DNA from: Candidatus Uhrbacteria bacterium
Lineage (GTDB): Bacteria > Patescibacteriota > Patescibacteriia > UBA9934
Reading direction: 5' to 3'
Assembly: GCA_903827265.1 (NCBI GenBank)
Contig: CAIKHN010000004.1
Coordinates: 104,067-168,066 of the forward strand
Length of the DNA: 64,000 nt
The notes beneath the pieces are model-generated. The model was not told where the DNA came from. It did not search any database and was given only the letters and a program-made list of their open reading frames with translations. Positions 32,608-41,878 of the stretch are shown here, in pieces. Within the stretch, counting starts at the first letter, position 1, and every line of letters begins with the position of its first letter. Both the position numbers and the translations under genes were made by a program.

Positions 32608-33446
32608 GCACGTTGCCGTCGGAAAAACAGCACGAATCCGCCACATACCCCAAAAAACGCGACAACAATCGGCCACCATCGCGTTCCCACATTCAAGGGT
32701 TCGCACTGGTACGTTCCGAGCTGCGCATCTTCAATGGAATACGAAAGCGAACCGACCGCCCACAACGGAATAGGTGGCAATGACACCTGCCACGCTCGCG
32801 TCTGACCCGGAAGAACCCTATGAAATAACGGATTGCTTACGGTTGTTCCAAAACGAATTCCGAAGATTCCGCGAAGAACAATCGCCCCGTTCTCATACAG
32901 TATACCGCGTCCACTGTTCACAAATGATACGGTTCCAAACCCAGACGATTCACGAACAAACGACAGACACACCGCAGTCGGTTTTGCGTCACCAATCGTA
33001 AGAAACACCAGCGTCGCAGATCCGTGCGACAGTGGAATATCGCCGGAGAGCGTTTCTGTTTCCGCAACAGCAATACCAATGGTTTGCGGCGACATCGTGA
33101 CGGGAGGACTGAGAGAAAGAGTGATTGTTTTCGTGGTACCAGCATCGAGAGCAAGCGATGATGATGAAAGTGAGATCCACGCTGCGAGCTCCGCGGAAAG
33201 CGGACGAAGCACCGGGTCATCATTTCCTGGCAAGACATCCGCAGAAAATAACGAAAACGAAAGATTTACCGGTACCGCCTTTGCGTTTGTGACTGGCAAT
33301 GAAACCGTAGCGCCTTCCCCGGGGGTCACAAAAACATCTTGCGACGCAGGAAGAGATGCGGCGTGTACCGACCTTGAGAAACAAAAAATGGTCAGCGCAA
33401 GAAAAACGCCGAAACATACAACGCGCCGTAAAACATGCGACAGCAT
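32604..33446 (-). CDS. Secreted Ig-fold protein resembling WxL-interacting (DUF916-like) proteins, with C-terminal TM
   Basis: Signal peptide; VTPGEG...VTN, LAAWISLS, FVNSG, VLPGQTR; C-terminal TM followed by RRQR. Confidence 0.5.
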   Translation of the reverse strand: MLSHVLRRVVCFGVFLALTIFCFSRSVHAASLPASQDVFVTPGEGATVSLPVTNAKAVPVNLSFSLFSADVLPGNDDPVLRPLSAELAAWISLSSSSLALDAGTTKTITLSLSPPVTMSPQTIGIAVAETETLSGDIPLSHGSATLVFLTIGDAKPTAVCLSFVRESSGFGTVSFVNSGRGILYENGAIVLRGIFGIRFGTTVSNPLFHRVLPGQTRAWQVSLPPIPLWAVGSLSYSIEDAQLGTYQCEPLNVGTRWWPIVVAFFGVCGGFVLFFRRQRA

Positions 33447-33476
33447 GAACGCATTGTACCTCGAATGCAGAATCTC

Positions 33477-34397
33477 TTAGTAATCACCCACAAAAATCGT
33501 TGTAAGCATCTGTGAATAGCTCCCGCCAGCCTGAGAACTCGATATGGAAGCCTTCAGCGTTAAAAAGCCACTATTCACAATCGCAGACGACGCAGCGCTC
33601 CCAACAAGCGCCGGTGATTCAGTCAGTGCGGTGTCCTGTGTATCGAATGTTGATGTTGAAAGAGTCGCGTCAGATGACCGAGCGCCGTACTCGCTAAAGC
33701 CGGCAGTCACCGAACCGTCCGAAACTGCAGGAATACTGTCTCCGCCCGATCGAAGGTCGCCATCGGTAAATGCGTACACGCCGAAACCCTGCGAAACGTC
33801 AGCGGAGGCAACCCAACCAACGATCTGCGTCGAAACGACAAATGATGCAAGTGAGCCCATCGTATTCGACGCAGTTTGCGACATTTTATAGACACGATCA
33901 TTTGTTCCATCAATCACCGGTGCCGTTCCTGAGTAATTTGAGCGAATGACAATGTCCGTACCGAATATTCCCGTAATCTGCCCCATCGCCGCCTCCTGTG
34001 ATGCGCCCTCATCACGAACAATAACGATCCAATCGCCGACCGCGAAACCCGCGGCAGTCGTTACGCTCACAGTATTTGTTGAAAACGCTGTCGCAGCGAC
34101 CTGAGTGCTTCGGTCCTCGACGTACGGGATAAAATCGACAACTTGGTCATACAATCCGGCTCGAAATCCTTGGTCGACGCTATACGATCCTGAACTTGTC
34201 CTTCCGTCGGCAGACGATGCGCCAACACTGTCACGCAACGTATAGGAAGCGGAGGAGCTATTTCCACCGCCCGAAGAAAACTCGTCCCATTGAATCTGAT
34301 AATTCGTCGACGACATCGCCGCGAAAGCAATTTGCGTATGAAACGCAAATATTAACGCGAACATTAGCGAAATAATCCTATTTGCTCGAACCTCCAT
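33477..34397 (-). CDS. Secreted WxL-like surface protein
   Basis: Signal peptide AFA-AMSSTNYQI; C-terminal ISSSQAGGSYSQMLTTIFVGDY; first gene of the surface operon. Confidence 0.55.
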   Translation of the reverse strand: MEVRANRIISLMFALIFAFHTQIAFAAMSSTNYQIQWDEFSSGGGNSSSASYTLRDSVGASSADGRTSSGSYSVDQGFRAGLYDQVVDFIPYVEDRSTQVAATAFSTNTVSVTTAAGFAVGDWIVIVRDEGASQEAAMGQITGIFGTDIVIRSNYSGTAPVIDGTNDRVYKMSQTASNTMGSLASFVVSTQIVGWVASADVSQGFGVYAFTDGDLRSGGDSIPAVSDGSVTAGFSEYGARSSDATLSTSTFDTQDTALTESPALVGSAASSAIVNSGFLTLKASISSSQAGGSYSQMLTTIFVGDY

Positions 34398-34460
34398 ACA
34401 AAAAGTGTTCAACTCCTTGAACACAATAATGCGTCAACATGAGATCAAAAACAACGCTAA

Positions 34461-34521
34461 CTTTGATAACCTGTGGATAAAAGCTGGATAACCCTGTTTA
34501 TAAACCATCATATTGTCCACA
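34461..34521. promoter_or_regulatory. DnaA-box array outside oriC
   Basis: TGTGGATAA (34472, perfect), degenerate boxes at 34461, 34483 and 34495 spaced 11-12 bp, inverted TTGTCCACA at 34513. Confidence 0.65.
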
Positions 34522-34603
34522 ATGCATATATGTATAGACTAGCGTTGACAATCTTTCACGACGAATTTCATGCTTATCAACAACCTCCGTGCAACTTCAC
34601 AAA

Positions 34604-34619
34604 TGTTTCACGTGAAACA
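34604..34619. other. parS site 1
   Basis: Perfect TGTTTCACGTGAAACA. Confidence 0.95.
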
Positions 34620-34720
34620 TTGATGCCATATTCGATAGAAGCCTCGAAAACGCGATGTCGAAACTGAACATCACCGAAAATATCCCCCGAAAACTGCTGA
34701 TGTAAAGGATATAAGTGCAT

Positions 34721-34736
34721 TGTTTCACGTGAAACA
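34721..34736. other. parS site 2
   Basis: Perfect TGTTTCACGTGAAACA. Confidence 0.95.
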
Positions 34737-34776
34737 ATTGCGAATAACAAAACATCGGCATTTTGCCGATGTTTTG

Positions 34777-34852
34777 TGGTGGACCTGAGCGGATTCGAAC
34801 CGCTGACCTCTGCAATGCGAATGCAGCGCTCTACCAACTGAGCTACAGGCCC
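34777..34852 (-). tRNA. tRNA-Ala(CGC)
   Basis: GGGCCTGTAGCTCAGTTGGTAGAGCG-CTGCA-TTCGCAT-TGCAG...GGTTCGAATCC...CCA; downstream terminator at ~34749-34775. Confidence 0.95.
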
Positions 34853-34990
34853 GTGTTCGCTTACCCGATGGACTTTAGATCAAGCGAATCATATTCGCCT
34901 TCATTTTATCCATCAACCGATCGCTTCGGCGATAATTACATTACCGAAGTGAACCAAACCGAGAATTAACAATCGAGTCATGTTTAAAAT

Positions 34991-35006
34991 TGTTTCACGT
35001 GAAACA
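34991..35006. other. parS site 3
   Basis: Perfect TGTTTCACGTGAAACA within an extended palindrome TAAAAT...ATTTTA. Confidence 0.95.
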
Positions 35007-35020
35007 ATTTTACCCGAATT

Positions 35021-35143
35021 CCAATGGTCGTTTAAATTGTGAAATGCTAGGAGTTGCGAGGACCGAAGTGATCCGTGCTACAACGTACGGTGAACGAGGA
35101 CTGGAACAACGACAACGCAGTTCGCAATTTAAATGACCATTGG
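35021..35143 (+). repeat. Long imperfect hairpin abutting the tRNA-Arg CCA end
   Basis: 23-bp arms CCAATGGTCGTTTAAATTGTGAA / TTCGCAATTTAAATGACCATTGG with 2 G.T pairs; internal GA/GA loops. Confidence 0.7.
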
Positions 35144-35217
35144 TGATCTCGGCGGGAGTTGAACCTGCAACCTTGTCCTTAGGACGGACCTGCTCTATCC
35201 AGTTGAGCTACGAGATC
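35141..35217 (-). tRNA. tRNA-Arg(CCT)
   Basis: GATCTCGTAGCTCAACTGGATAGAGCA...GTCCTAA loop...GGTTCAACTCC...GAGATCACCA. Confidence 0.9.
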
Positions 35218-35320
35218 GTTTTCCTGTCTATGTGTCGTAAAATATATCGAAGATCTGTGATATACTTCAACGACGCGAAAGAAGTATACGTATCACAACA
35301 TTGCAGCGTCAATAAAATCT

Positions 35321-36469
35321 ATGGACACCTCTTCTATCTTCATCCTCATCATCGGTTTCAGTGCAGTCATCGGAATCCTTATCTGGCTTCAAAAACGCAA
35401 CGGAGGCGATTCTGTGGCGTCGCAAAATCTTATCAACGAAATATCCCGTATTCGCGAGGAATTATTACGCGCAACAGCCGAACAACGACAAGAAGTCCAA
35501 ACAAAACTCGATCGAGTAAATGATCAGCTCTACCGCGGACTCGCGGACTCGCAAAAAACACTTCTCTCACAACAAGATCTCGCGCAAAAGAATATCAGTG
35601 CGCAATTTGCGGAAACTTCAAAAATCATTCAAGCGGTCACCGAAAAACTTACGACGCTTGATGCAACAAACAAACAGGTGCTCGATTTCTCATCACAACT
35701 TCGAAACCTCCAAGACATTCTCAAAAATCCAAAACATCGCGGCATACTCGGCGAATACTATCTCGAAACGCTTCTCAAGAACGCCATGGAGCCCGGAAGC
35801 TACGCGATGCAGTATCGCCTCGGTAAGGATGAGTCCGATAAAGATCTCATTCCTGATGCTGTGGTATTTGTGAAGGATAAAATCATCCCAATCGATTCTA
35901 AATTTTCTCTAGAAAATTACAATCGAATCTCTGAAACGGACGACTCAACCGAGCGCGATCGCCTTGAAAAGCTTTTCGTGAACGATTTAAAAAACCGAAT
36001 TCTCGAAACATCCAAATATATTCAACCCGGAAAGGGAACAATGGACTTTGCATTCATGTTCATTCCGCACGAAGCTATTTATTACGATCTTCTCGTAAAT
36101 AAAATCGGCTCGACGCAAGAGGACAACGAGAATCTCATCCAGCGTGCTGCGAGTAAATATCACGTCATCATCGTGTCGCCAACATCATTCCTCGCGTATC
36201 TCCAAACCGTTCTCCAGGCTCTGCACGCAATGAAAATTGAAGAAAAGGCGCAGGATATCATTAAGCGCGTCGCCGATCTTGGGAAACATTTCCGAACGTA
36301 CGCCGAGTATCATGGCAAACTCGGCAATGCAGTCAGCACCGTCGTCAACCAATTCAACAACTCCAGCAATGAGCTGAAGAAAATGAGTAAAGACGTTGTA
36401 AAGCTTACCGACGGCCCAGCAGAAGATGTTATCGAAACCCCGCTCATCGAACGGCCAATTATCGAATAA
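35321..36469 (+). CDS. rmuC: DNA recombination protein RmuC
   Basis: N-terminal TM and coiled coil; RGILGEYYLE, PDAVV, IDSKF, DFAFMFIP, IVSPTSF. Confidence 0.93.
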   Translation: MDTSSIFILIIGFSAVIGILIWLQKRNGGDSVASQNLINEISRIREELLRATAEQRQEVQTKLDRVNDQLYRGLADSQKTLLSQQDLAQKNISAQFAETSKIIQAVTEKLTTLDATNKQVLDFSSQLRNLQDILKNPKHRGILGEYYLETLLKNAMEPGSYAMQYRLGKDESDKDLIPDAVVFVKDKIIPIDSKFSLENYNRISETDDSTERDRLEKLFVNDLKNRILETSKYIQPGKGTMDFAFMFIPHEAIYYDLLVNKIGSTQEDNENLIQRAASKYHVIIVSPTSFLAYLQTVLQALHAMKIEEKAQDIIKRVADLGKHFRTYAEYHGKLGNAVSTVVNQFNNSSNELKKMSKDVVKLTDGPAEDVIETPLIERPIIE

Positions 36470-36513
36470 AATAAAACACCCCGACGCTTCACGCGACGGG
36501 GTGTTTTATTTTT
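36468..36513. terminator. Bidirectional terminator between rmuC and rpsT
   Basis: AAAATAAAACACCCCG...CGGGGTGTTTTATTTT. Confidence 0.85.
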
Positions 36514-36815
36514 TACTTTGTTTTCTTTGCAGCAACTTCCTTCTTTGGTGCTGATGCCGCTTTATTGAGAGCGAGCATGGTTCGTGACTTCACACGAGCT
36601 GCGGTATTTGCCTTAAAAACGTGCTTAGTTACCGCCTTATCCATTGCTTGATCGAGCTCACGGACAAGCTTCTGAGCATCCTCAATTTTTCCTGATTCCA
36701 AAAGCTTACGGAACGAGCGGCGCATAGTATCAATATGACCCTTCACGTTTGCATTACGAACTCGGCGAACCTCGCTCTGTTTCAAGGCTTTCTTGGCGTT
36801 TCGAAGATTTGGCAT
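36513..36815 (-). CDS. rpsT: 30S ribosomal protein S20
   Basis: MPNLRNAKKALKQSEVRRVRN...DKAV...NTAARVKSR. Confidence 0.95.
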   Translation of the reverse strand: MPNLRNAKKALKQSEVRRVRNANVKGHIDTMRRSFRKLLESGKIEDAQKLVRELDQAMDKAVTKHVFKANTAARVKSRTMLALNKAASAPKKEVAAKKTK

Positions 36816-36865
36816 AATTCCGTGAGGAAAGTTTCAATAAGAATACGCGAATGTTAGCGGAATAG

Positions 36866-37846
36866 TCAGGAAGCGTCAAGCATCGATGCAACCAAACGAT
36901 CAACCGCGATATCAGCCGCGAGGCCTCGTTTCATTGCAAAATCGAGTTCTGACGCTAGTCCGTGCCACTGTTTCATGCGCTCAAATGATCGCCTCCGAGC
37001 CTCACCGAGCACCTTTTGCGCCACAAATGGGTGTAATCCCAAGGCATTCGCAACATCCTGTTTGCCGATATTCGGAGATTCGTCACAAAGCGATCGCATC
37101 TGGAGCAACAATCGAATCTGACGAACGAGCATGCCAAAAAGCGGGAACTCGTCTGCACCGGCAATACGCTCTTCATGGAGTTTTTTCAGTGCAAATGAGG
37201 AACGATCGGCGCTCATTGCATCCATAAGTGCAAAAATGTCCTCACGATATTCACTTTGAACAAGCGTGCGAACCATTTCTTCTGAAATTGGCGCGTCTCC
37301 AGCATATGCTGAGAGCTTTCCGATTTCCGTCTCCAATCTCCATGAATCGTTTCCTACACGATCCACGAGCGCCGAACTCACTGCAGGAACGATTACTGCG
37401 CCATGCATCTTGGCGCGGCTCGAAATCCACACCTGAAGCTCTGACCCCGAAAGCGCCGGCAATGGATACGTATGAACCTCCTTCATCGCAGAGATGCGCT
37501 TCCATAATTCGGTTTTCTCTACTTTTTCTTTCGATGACGAGTCGACGAGCACCAAGATTGTTGACTCCGGAACACGCTCAAGCACAGCAATCCAAGGTTC
37601 CGCGTCTGGTTTTGTTGTCACAGTCGAGAATATCCCATCGACACGAACCATACGCTTCGCAGAAAGAAACGGCGACGCCGCAATTGCTTCTGCAATACGA
37701 GGAAGATTCACATCATCTTTCTTTATAAACGCAAACTCATCGATATTCATCCGCGTTGGATCGAATTTCTCTGCGAATTTATCAACAAACTCTCGAGATC
37801 GCTCTTTCACGCGAAACGCGTCGTCCCCGTAAACAAGCAGAATCAT
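36866..37846 (-). CDS. holA: DNA polymerase III delta subunit
   Basis: LLVYGDD, SPFLSAKRMV, EIGKLSAY, IFALMDA, LHPFVAQK; holA-rpsT synteny. Confidence 0.92.
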   Translation of the reverse strand: MILLVYGDDAFRVKERSREFVDKFAEKFDPTRMNIDEFAFIKKDDVNLPRIAEAIAASPFLSAKRMVRVDGIFSTVTTKPDAEPWIAVLERVPESTILVLVDSSSKEKVEKTELWKRISAMKEVHTYPLPALSGSELQVWISSRAKMHGAVIVPAVSSALVDRVGNDSWRLETEIGKLSAYAGDAPISEEMVRTLVQSEYREDIFALMDAMSADRSSFALKKLHEERIAGADEFPLFGMLVRQIRLLLQMRSLCDESPNIGKQDVANALGLHPFVAQKVLGEARRRSFERMKQWHGLASELDFAMKRGLAADIAVDRLVASMLDAS

Positions 37847-37849
37847 AAA

Positions 37850-40483
37850 TTATTCCATATCGCCCCAAGAATCGGCAGTATCAACGTCAACAACAAGCGG
37901 AACATCAAACTGCGCAATAGATCCCATAATTTGGCGGACATTCTTCTCGAGTGCTTCTCCATCGGACTTCTTCACCTCAAACACCAATTCGTCATGAACC
38001 TGCGCAATCATTCGTGCATCGAGCTTTGACGATTGCAGGTATTTTGCAACAGCATTCATCGCCATCTTAATAATGTCGGCCTGTGTTGCTTGAATTGGCA
38101 TATTAATCGCCATACGCTCTGCCGCGGCAACGAGCTGCGGCATTCCAGAATTCACATCTGGCAAGTATCGACGACGTCCAAAGAGAGAAGTCACAAATCC
38201 ATCGGCATGCGCCTGAAGTTTTGTTGCATCAAGATACGATCGAATTCCAGGATGCGCCATGAAATATCGATCAATGAATTCTTTTGCCTCTTCAAATCGC
38301 ACGTTTGCGCTCTTTGCTAAAGCACGTGCGCCGATGCCGTACAAAATACCGAAGTTGATCGCCTTTGCCGCGTATCGCTGTTCTTTCGTCACGTCGCCTT
38401 CATCAATGCTCCACATTTCTGCCGCAGTGCGTTTATGAATATCTGCGCCGTCAGTAAACGCCTCAATAAACGATCGATCTTTTGCAATTGACGCCGCAAG
38501 CCGAAGTTCAATTTGCGAATAGTCAGCGCTCAGCAACACACATCCTGGCGCAGCAACGAACGCTTTGCGGATTTCACGACCAAGATCAGATCGAATAGGA
38601 ATATTCTGCAAATTTGGATCTGACCCTGACAATCGCCCCGTTGCAGCAACACACTGATTGAATCGGGCATGAATTCGACCGTCAGCCTGAACGAGTCTTG
38701 GCAACGTATCGGCATACGTTCCCTTCAGCTTTGCGAGTTCACGATATTCCGAAATCTTATTCACGATTGGGTGAAGATCCACAATCTTCTCAAGTTCCGG
38801 CGCGGCAGTTGAAAATCCACTTTTTGTTTTCTTAATTCCTTTCGTCGGAATTGCAAGATCGATAAACAGCACATCGGCCAACTGCGACGGAGAATTGATG
38901 TTGAATTCGCGGCCCGCGTCTTGATGAATCGACTTCGTTAATTCTTGTAAACGATCATCAAACTTCTTCGACAGCGTTGCAAGATGTGCAGCGTCAACAG
39001 CGAAACCGTCTTTTTCCATCGTGAACAATACGGGAATAAGCGGCATTTCGATCTCGTCGGCAAGTTTCTTCATTCCTTCATCAGCAAGCCGTCGATCAAG
39101 TACCGTCGCAAGCGGCAACAGCGCGCCGATCATTTCCTGCACACTCGCATCGACCGAGATCGAAGCGCCGATGACGGATTGAACAATGTCGCGATATCCA
39201 AATTCGCGATCACCTGACGCTAAAAGATATGCAGCAACTTGCGTATCGAAGAATGGACGATGAAGAACATACTCGAGATCGATCCCAATATCGTCAACGG
39301 TGTGCAGAATCGATTTGATGTCGTGCGCAACAATCATTTTTGCATTCCCGATTGCCCCAACAATTTTATTGAGATCATCAACGCTCGGATCGTTCATCGA
39401 CACCACATTCCGACCGTCGGTAATCGCGATTGCGGCAATTGATCCACCGAAAAGATCTTTCTCTTTTGACTGAATCACGATACCGATTCGATCAAGCTCA
39501 AGGTCGTTTAACGATCCCGCAGGAAGGGAAGCGTGACGCTTCGACAAGCCTTTGGATGGCGAAACACTCTTCGAAACTGGCGCCTCGCGTTCAGTCTTCT
39601 CGTCCTTGCCCTCGTACTTCTTCAACAACGTTTTGAATTCAAAGTCGCGAAGAATCGGAAGAAGCGCATCGAGATTCGGCTTCTGCATCTTCGCATCATC
39701 CCGAGAGAATCCTTTCAATGGAACATCACGAACCACCGTCACCATTCGTCTCATTTGCGCTGCATGTGTTTCTTGATCCTCGAACTTCTTCGCAAACTTT
39801 TCCGGCAAATCACCACGCTTCATCGCGTCGAAAATTCCGTCGACGGTCTTGTAGGCGTTGATTAACTCGACTGCACCCTTCTCGCCGATTCCGCGAATAC
39901 CTGGAAGATTGTCAGACGTATCTCCGACCAACGTCTTGTAATCGATGAGCTGCGATGGCGTCAGCCCATAACGCTCTTTGACCGCGGCGGTATCGTAGAG
40001 CTTTGTTTGCGACAACCCTTTCACGAAAAACACCACGTGCGTCATCGGTGTCACGAGCTGGAGTGCATCGAGATCGCCGGTCACGATAAGCGTCTTTACG
40101 CCGTCGGCCTCGTTCATCGCGCTAATCGTTCCCAAAATATCGTCACCTTCAAAGCCTGGAACGGAAAGCGAAGGGATCCCGTACGGTTTTAATAACTCCT
40201 GAATCATCGGGATCTGATCGTATAGTTCCTGCGACTTCTTTTCGCGCTGCGCTTTATACTCTGCGTATTCCTCATGACGAAACGTTCCGCCAGGCAAATC
40301 CCACGCAACGGCCATGAAATCCGGTTTTAGCTCTGTTCGCATTTTCTCAATAACCATCGCAAAGCCGTATACCGCATTCACCACTCTGCCATCTTTCGTT
40401 GTAAGCGATGGAACCGCGTGCCAAGCACGGTGCAAAAGTGCGTTGCCATCCAAGATTAAAAAGGTCTTTTGCGATGTGGTCAT
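37850..40483 (-). CDS. polA: DNA polymerase I
   Basis: 5'-3' exonuclease (LDGNALLHRAWHA, EGDDI, GDTSDN); polymerase motifs TGRLS, DYSQIELR, AKAINFGILYG, QVHDEL. Confidence 0.98.
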   Translation of the reverse strand: MTTSQKTFLILDGNALLHRAWHAVPSLTTKDGRVVNAVYGFAMVIEKMRTELKPDFMAVAWDLPGGTFRHEEYAEYKAQREKKSQELYDQIPMIQELLKPYGIPSLSVPGFEGDDILGTISAMNEADGVKTLIVTGDLDALQLVTPMTHVVFFVKGLSQTKLYDTAAVKERYGLTPSQLIDYKTLVGDTSDNLPGIRGIGEKGAVELINAYKTVDGIFDAMKRGDLPEKFAKKFEDQETHAAQMRRMVTVVRDVPLKGFSRDDAKMQKPNLDALLPILRDFEFKTLLKKYEGKDEKTEREAPVSKSVSPSKGLSKRHASLPAGSLNDLELDRIGIVIQSKEKDLFGGSIAAIAITDGRNVVSMNDPSVDDLNKIVGAIGNAKMIVAHDIKSILHTVDDIGIDLEYVLHRPFFDTQVAAYLLASGDREFGYRDIVQSVIGASISVDASVQEMIGALLPLATVLDRRLADEGMKKLADEIEMPLIPVLFTMEKDGFAVDAAHLATLSKKFDDRLQELTKSIHQDAGREFNINSPSQLADVLFIDLAIPTKGIKKTKSGFSTAAPELEKIVDLHPIVNKISEYRELAKLKGTYADTLPRLVQADGRIHARFNQCVAATGRLSGSDPNLQNIPIRSDLGREIRKAFVAAPGCVLLSADYSQIELRLAASIAKDRSFIEAFTDGADIHKRTAAEMWSIDEGDVTKEQRYAAKAINFGILYGIGARALAKSANVRFEEAKEFIDRYFMAHPGIRSYLDATKLQAHADGFVTSLFGRRRYLPDVNSGMPQLVAAAERMAINMPIQATQADIIKMAMNAVAKYLQSSKLDARMIAQVHDELVFEVKKSDGEALEKNVRQIMGSIAQFDVPLVVDVDTADSWGDME

Positions 40484-40570
40484 ATTGTGCAAAGTGTATC
40501 GGAAAATCATCAAAAACGAAACCGGGGCCCGCAGCACGTCGCTGCAGGCCCCGTTCGCCGAACATCTGCC

Positions 40571-41452
40571 CTACCCGGGCATTTCTTCCAGGAACATTCC
40601 CGAGTCAATCGTCACCGCCCCGGAGTGGCCCACGAGGTAAACCTGCTCGCCGGAACGGCCGAAAAGCGCGTACGGGAACGTGGAGTCCATGGCGACCAAC
40701 CGAGCCACGCGCATTTCCTTCAGCTCCGTAGGATCAAGGACGATCATCTTCGGACCGTCGGGCTCGTGCTTGATGTACGCGACCGTATCCGCGAGACGCG
40801 TCACACGATTGATCTTCGGCCCACGAGCGAGCCGCGTCTCTTGTCCGACGGGCGTCGATCCAAGATTCTTCTCCGTGAAGTCCGCCATCACACCGGTCCT
40901 GAGACACTGATCGAGCTGGGGCGCCGGGACCATGGCGATCCGACCACGGAAAAGAACGGCCATGACGTTTTCGACCAGGAGGAAGTCGTCCAACCGCCCC
41001 GACACGTCGATGACGTCGTAGTCCGGGCACGGACCGGTCGAGCAGTAGTACGTCACGAGCTTCTCCGCGGGAGCCAGCATGGCCTTCGCGAGAAGGGTCA
41101 CGTCTTTCTTCCGACCGGCGAGGTACACCTCGGCGAAGAACTTCGCGACAGCCCGCATTTCTTCCGAGGTCGGATCCCGCGGCGCTTCTTTCGCATTCCG
41201 GACAGAGAGAAGGATCGACTCGCGGCCGGACTGGGTCACGAGCATCGAGGATTGGATCACCCGCGCGACGACAGCGGGGTCTTGAGCCTCCCGCTCCACG
41301 GAGAAGACCAGCGCGAGCCTGTCGTCGACGAGGATCATGTCGATGTAGTGGACGTCGTCCGGACCGTACATTTCGGGGATGAGGTCTGGATTCGCGAGAA
41401 CCTGTTCAGAATCGAGCGAGAGACCGTCTTGGTCAAAGAGAAGCGTGAACAT
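40571..41452 (-). CDS. Hypothetical protein, SD-led GC-rich accessory gene
   Basis: GGAG-5 nt-ATG; GC3-rich; downstream hairpin CGGGGCC...GGCCCCG at ~40523-40553. Confidence 0.7.
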   Translation of the reverse strand: MFTLLFDQDGLSLDSEQVLANPDLIPEMYGPDDVHYIDMILVDDRLALVFSVEREAQDPAVVARVIQSSMLVTQSGRESILLSVRNAKEAPRDPTSEEMRAVAKFFAEVYLAGRKKDVTLLAKAMLAPAEKLVTYYCSTGPCPDYDVIDVSGRLDDFLLVENVMAVLFRGRIAMVPAPQLDQCLRTGVMADFTEKNLGSTPVGQETRLARGPKINRVTRLADTVAYIKHEPDGPKMIVLDPTELKEMRVARLVAMDSTFPYALFGRSGEQVYLVGHSGAVTIDSGMFLEEMPG

Positions 41453-41629
41453 CGGGACTCCGAGGGAACCTTGACGAGAGACAGCCAGCGTACTCGGTTA
41501 CGATAACCGAGCCCTAGGCGGCAGAAATATGCCTGAAAACGCAAATATCGTCAATCGTTAGCCAAATATCCGTCTTTCCAAAAATGGAAAACTTTGCTAG
41601 GATTCTCCCAGGTTTCAAAACAGATTCAT

Positions 41630-41706
41630 GCCTTGATAGCTCAGTTGGATAGAGCAGGGGACTTCTAAGCCCAAGGTCGGTGGTTCGATTCCACCTCAAG
41701 GCACCA
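41630..41706 (+). tRNA. tRNA-Arg(TCT)
   Basis: GCCTTGATAGCTCAGTTGGATAGAGCA...CTTCTAA...GGTTCGATTCC...TCAAGGCACCA. Confidence 0.93.
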
Positions 41707-41754
41707 ATCTTTCTTGAACCAAACAAAAAACCTCCCAAACGGGAGATTTTTTGA

Positions 41755-41829
41755 TGGGGCGATTAACGGGGATCGAACCCGTGTAGCCGGGACCACAACC
41801 CGGTGCTCTACCATTGAGCTATAACCGCC
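41755..41829 (-). tRNA. tRNA-His(GTG) with encoded G-1
   Basis: GGCGGTTATAGCTCAATGGTAGAGCA-CCGGG-TTGTGGT-CCCGG...GGTTCGATCCC...CCCCA; converges on tRNA-Arg across a shared terminator. Confidence 0.95.
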
Positions 41830-41878
41830 ATGATGGTTTGCCGAACGCACAGTAAAATATCACACCAAACCGCTTCAA

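Noticed and set aside
34440-34530. This DnaA-box array as the main oriC
   Set aside because: No DnaA-trio module is evident, and by eye the strand composition changes near dnaA-dnaN rather than here (skew not computed).
34604-35006. Repeated 16-bp palindromes as a CRISPR array
   Set aside because: They match the parS consensus exactly, the spacing is irregular and includes a tRNA gene, and there are no cas genes.
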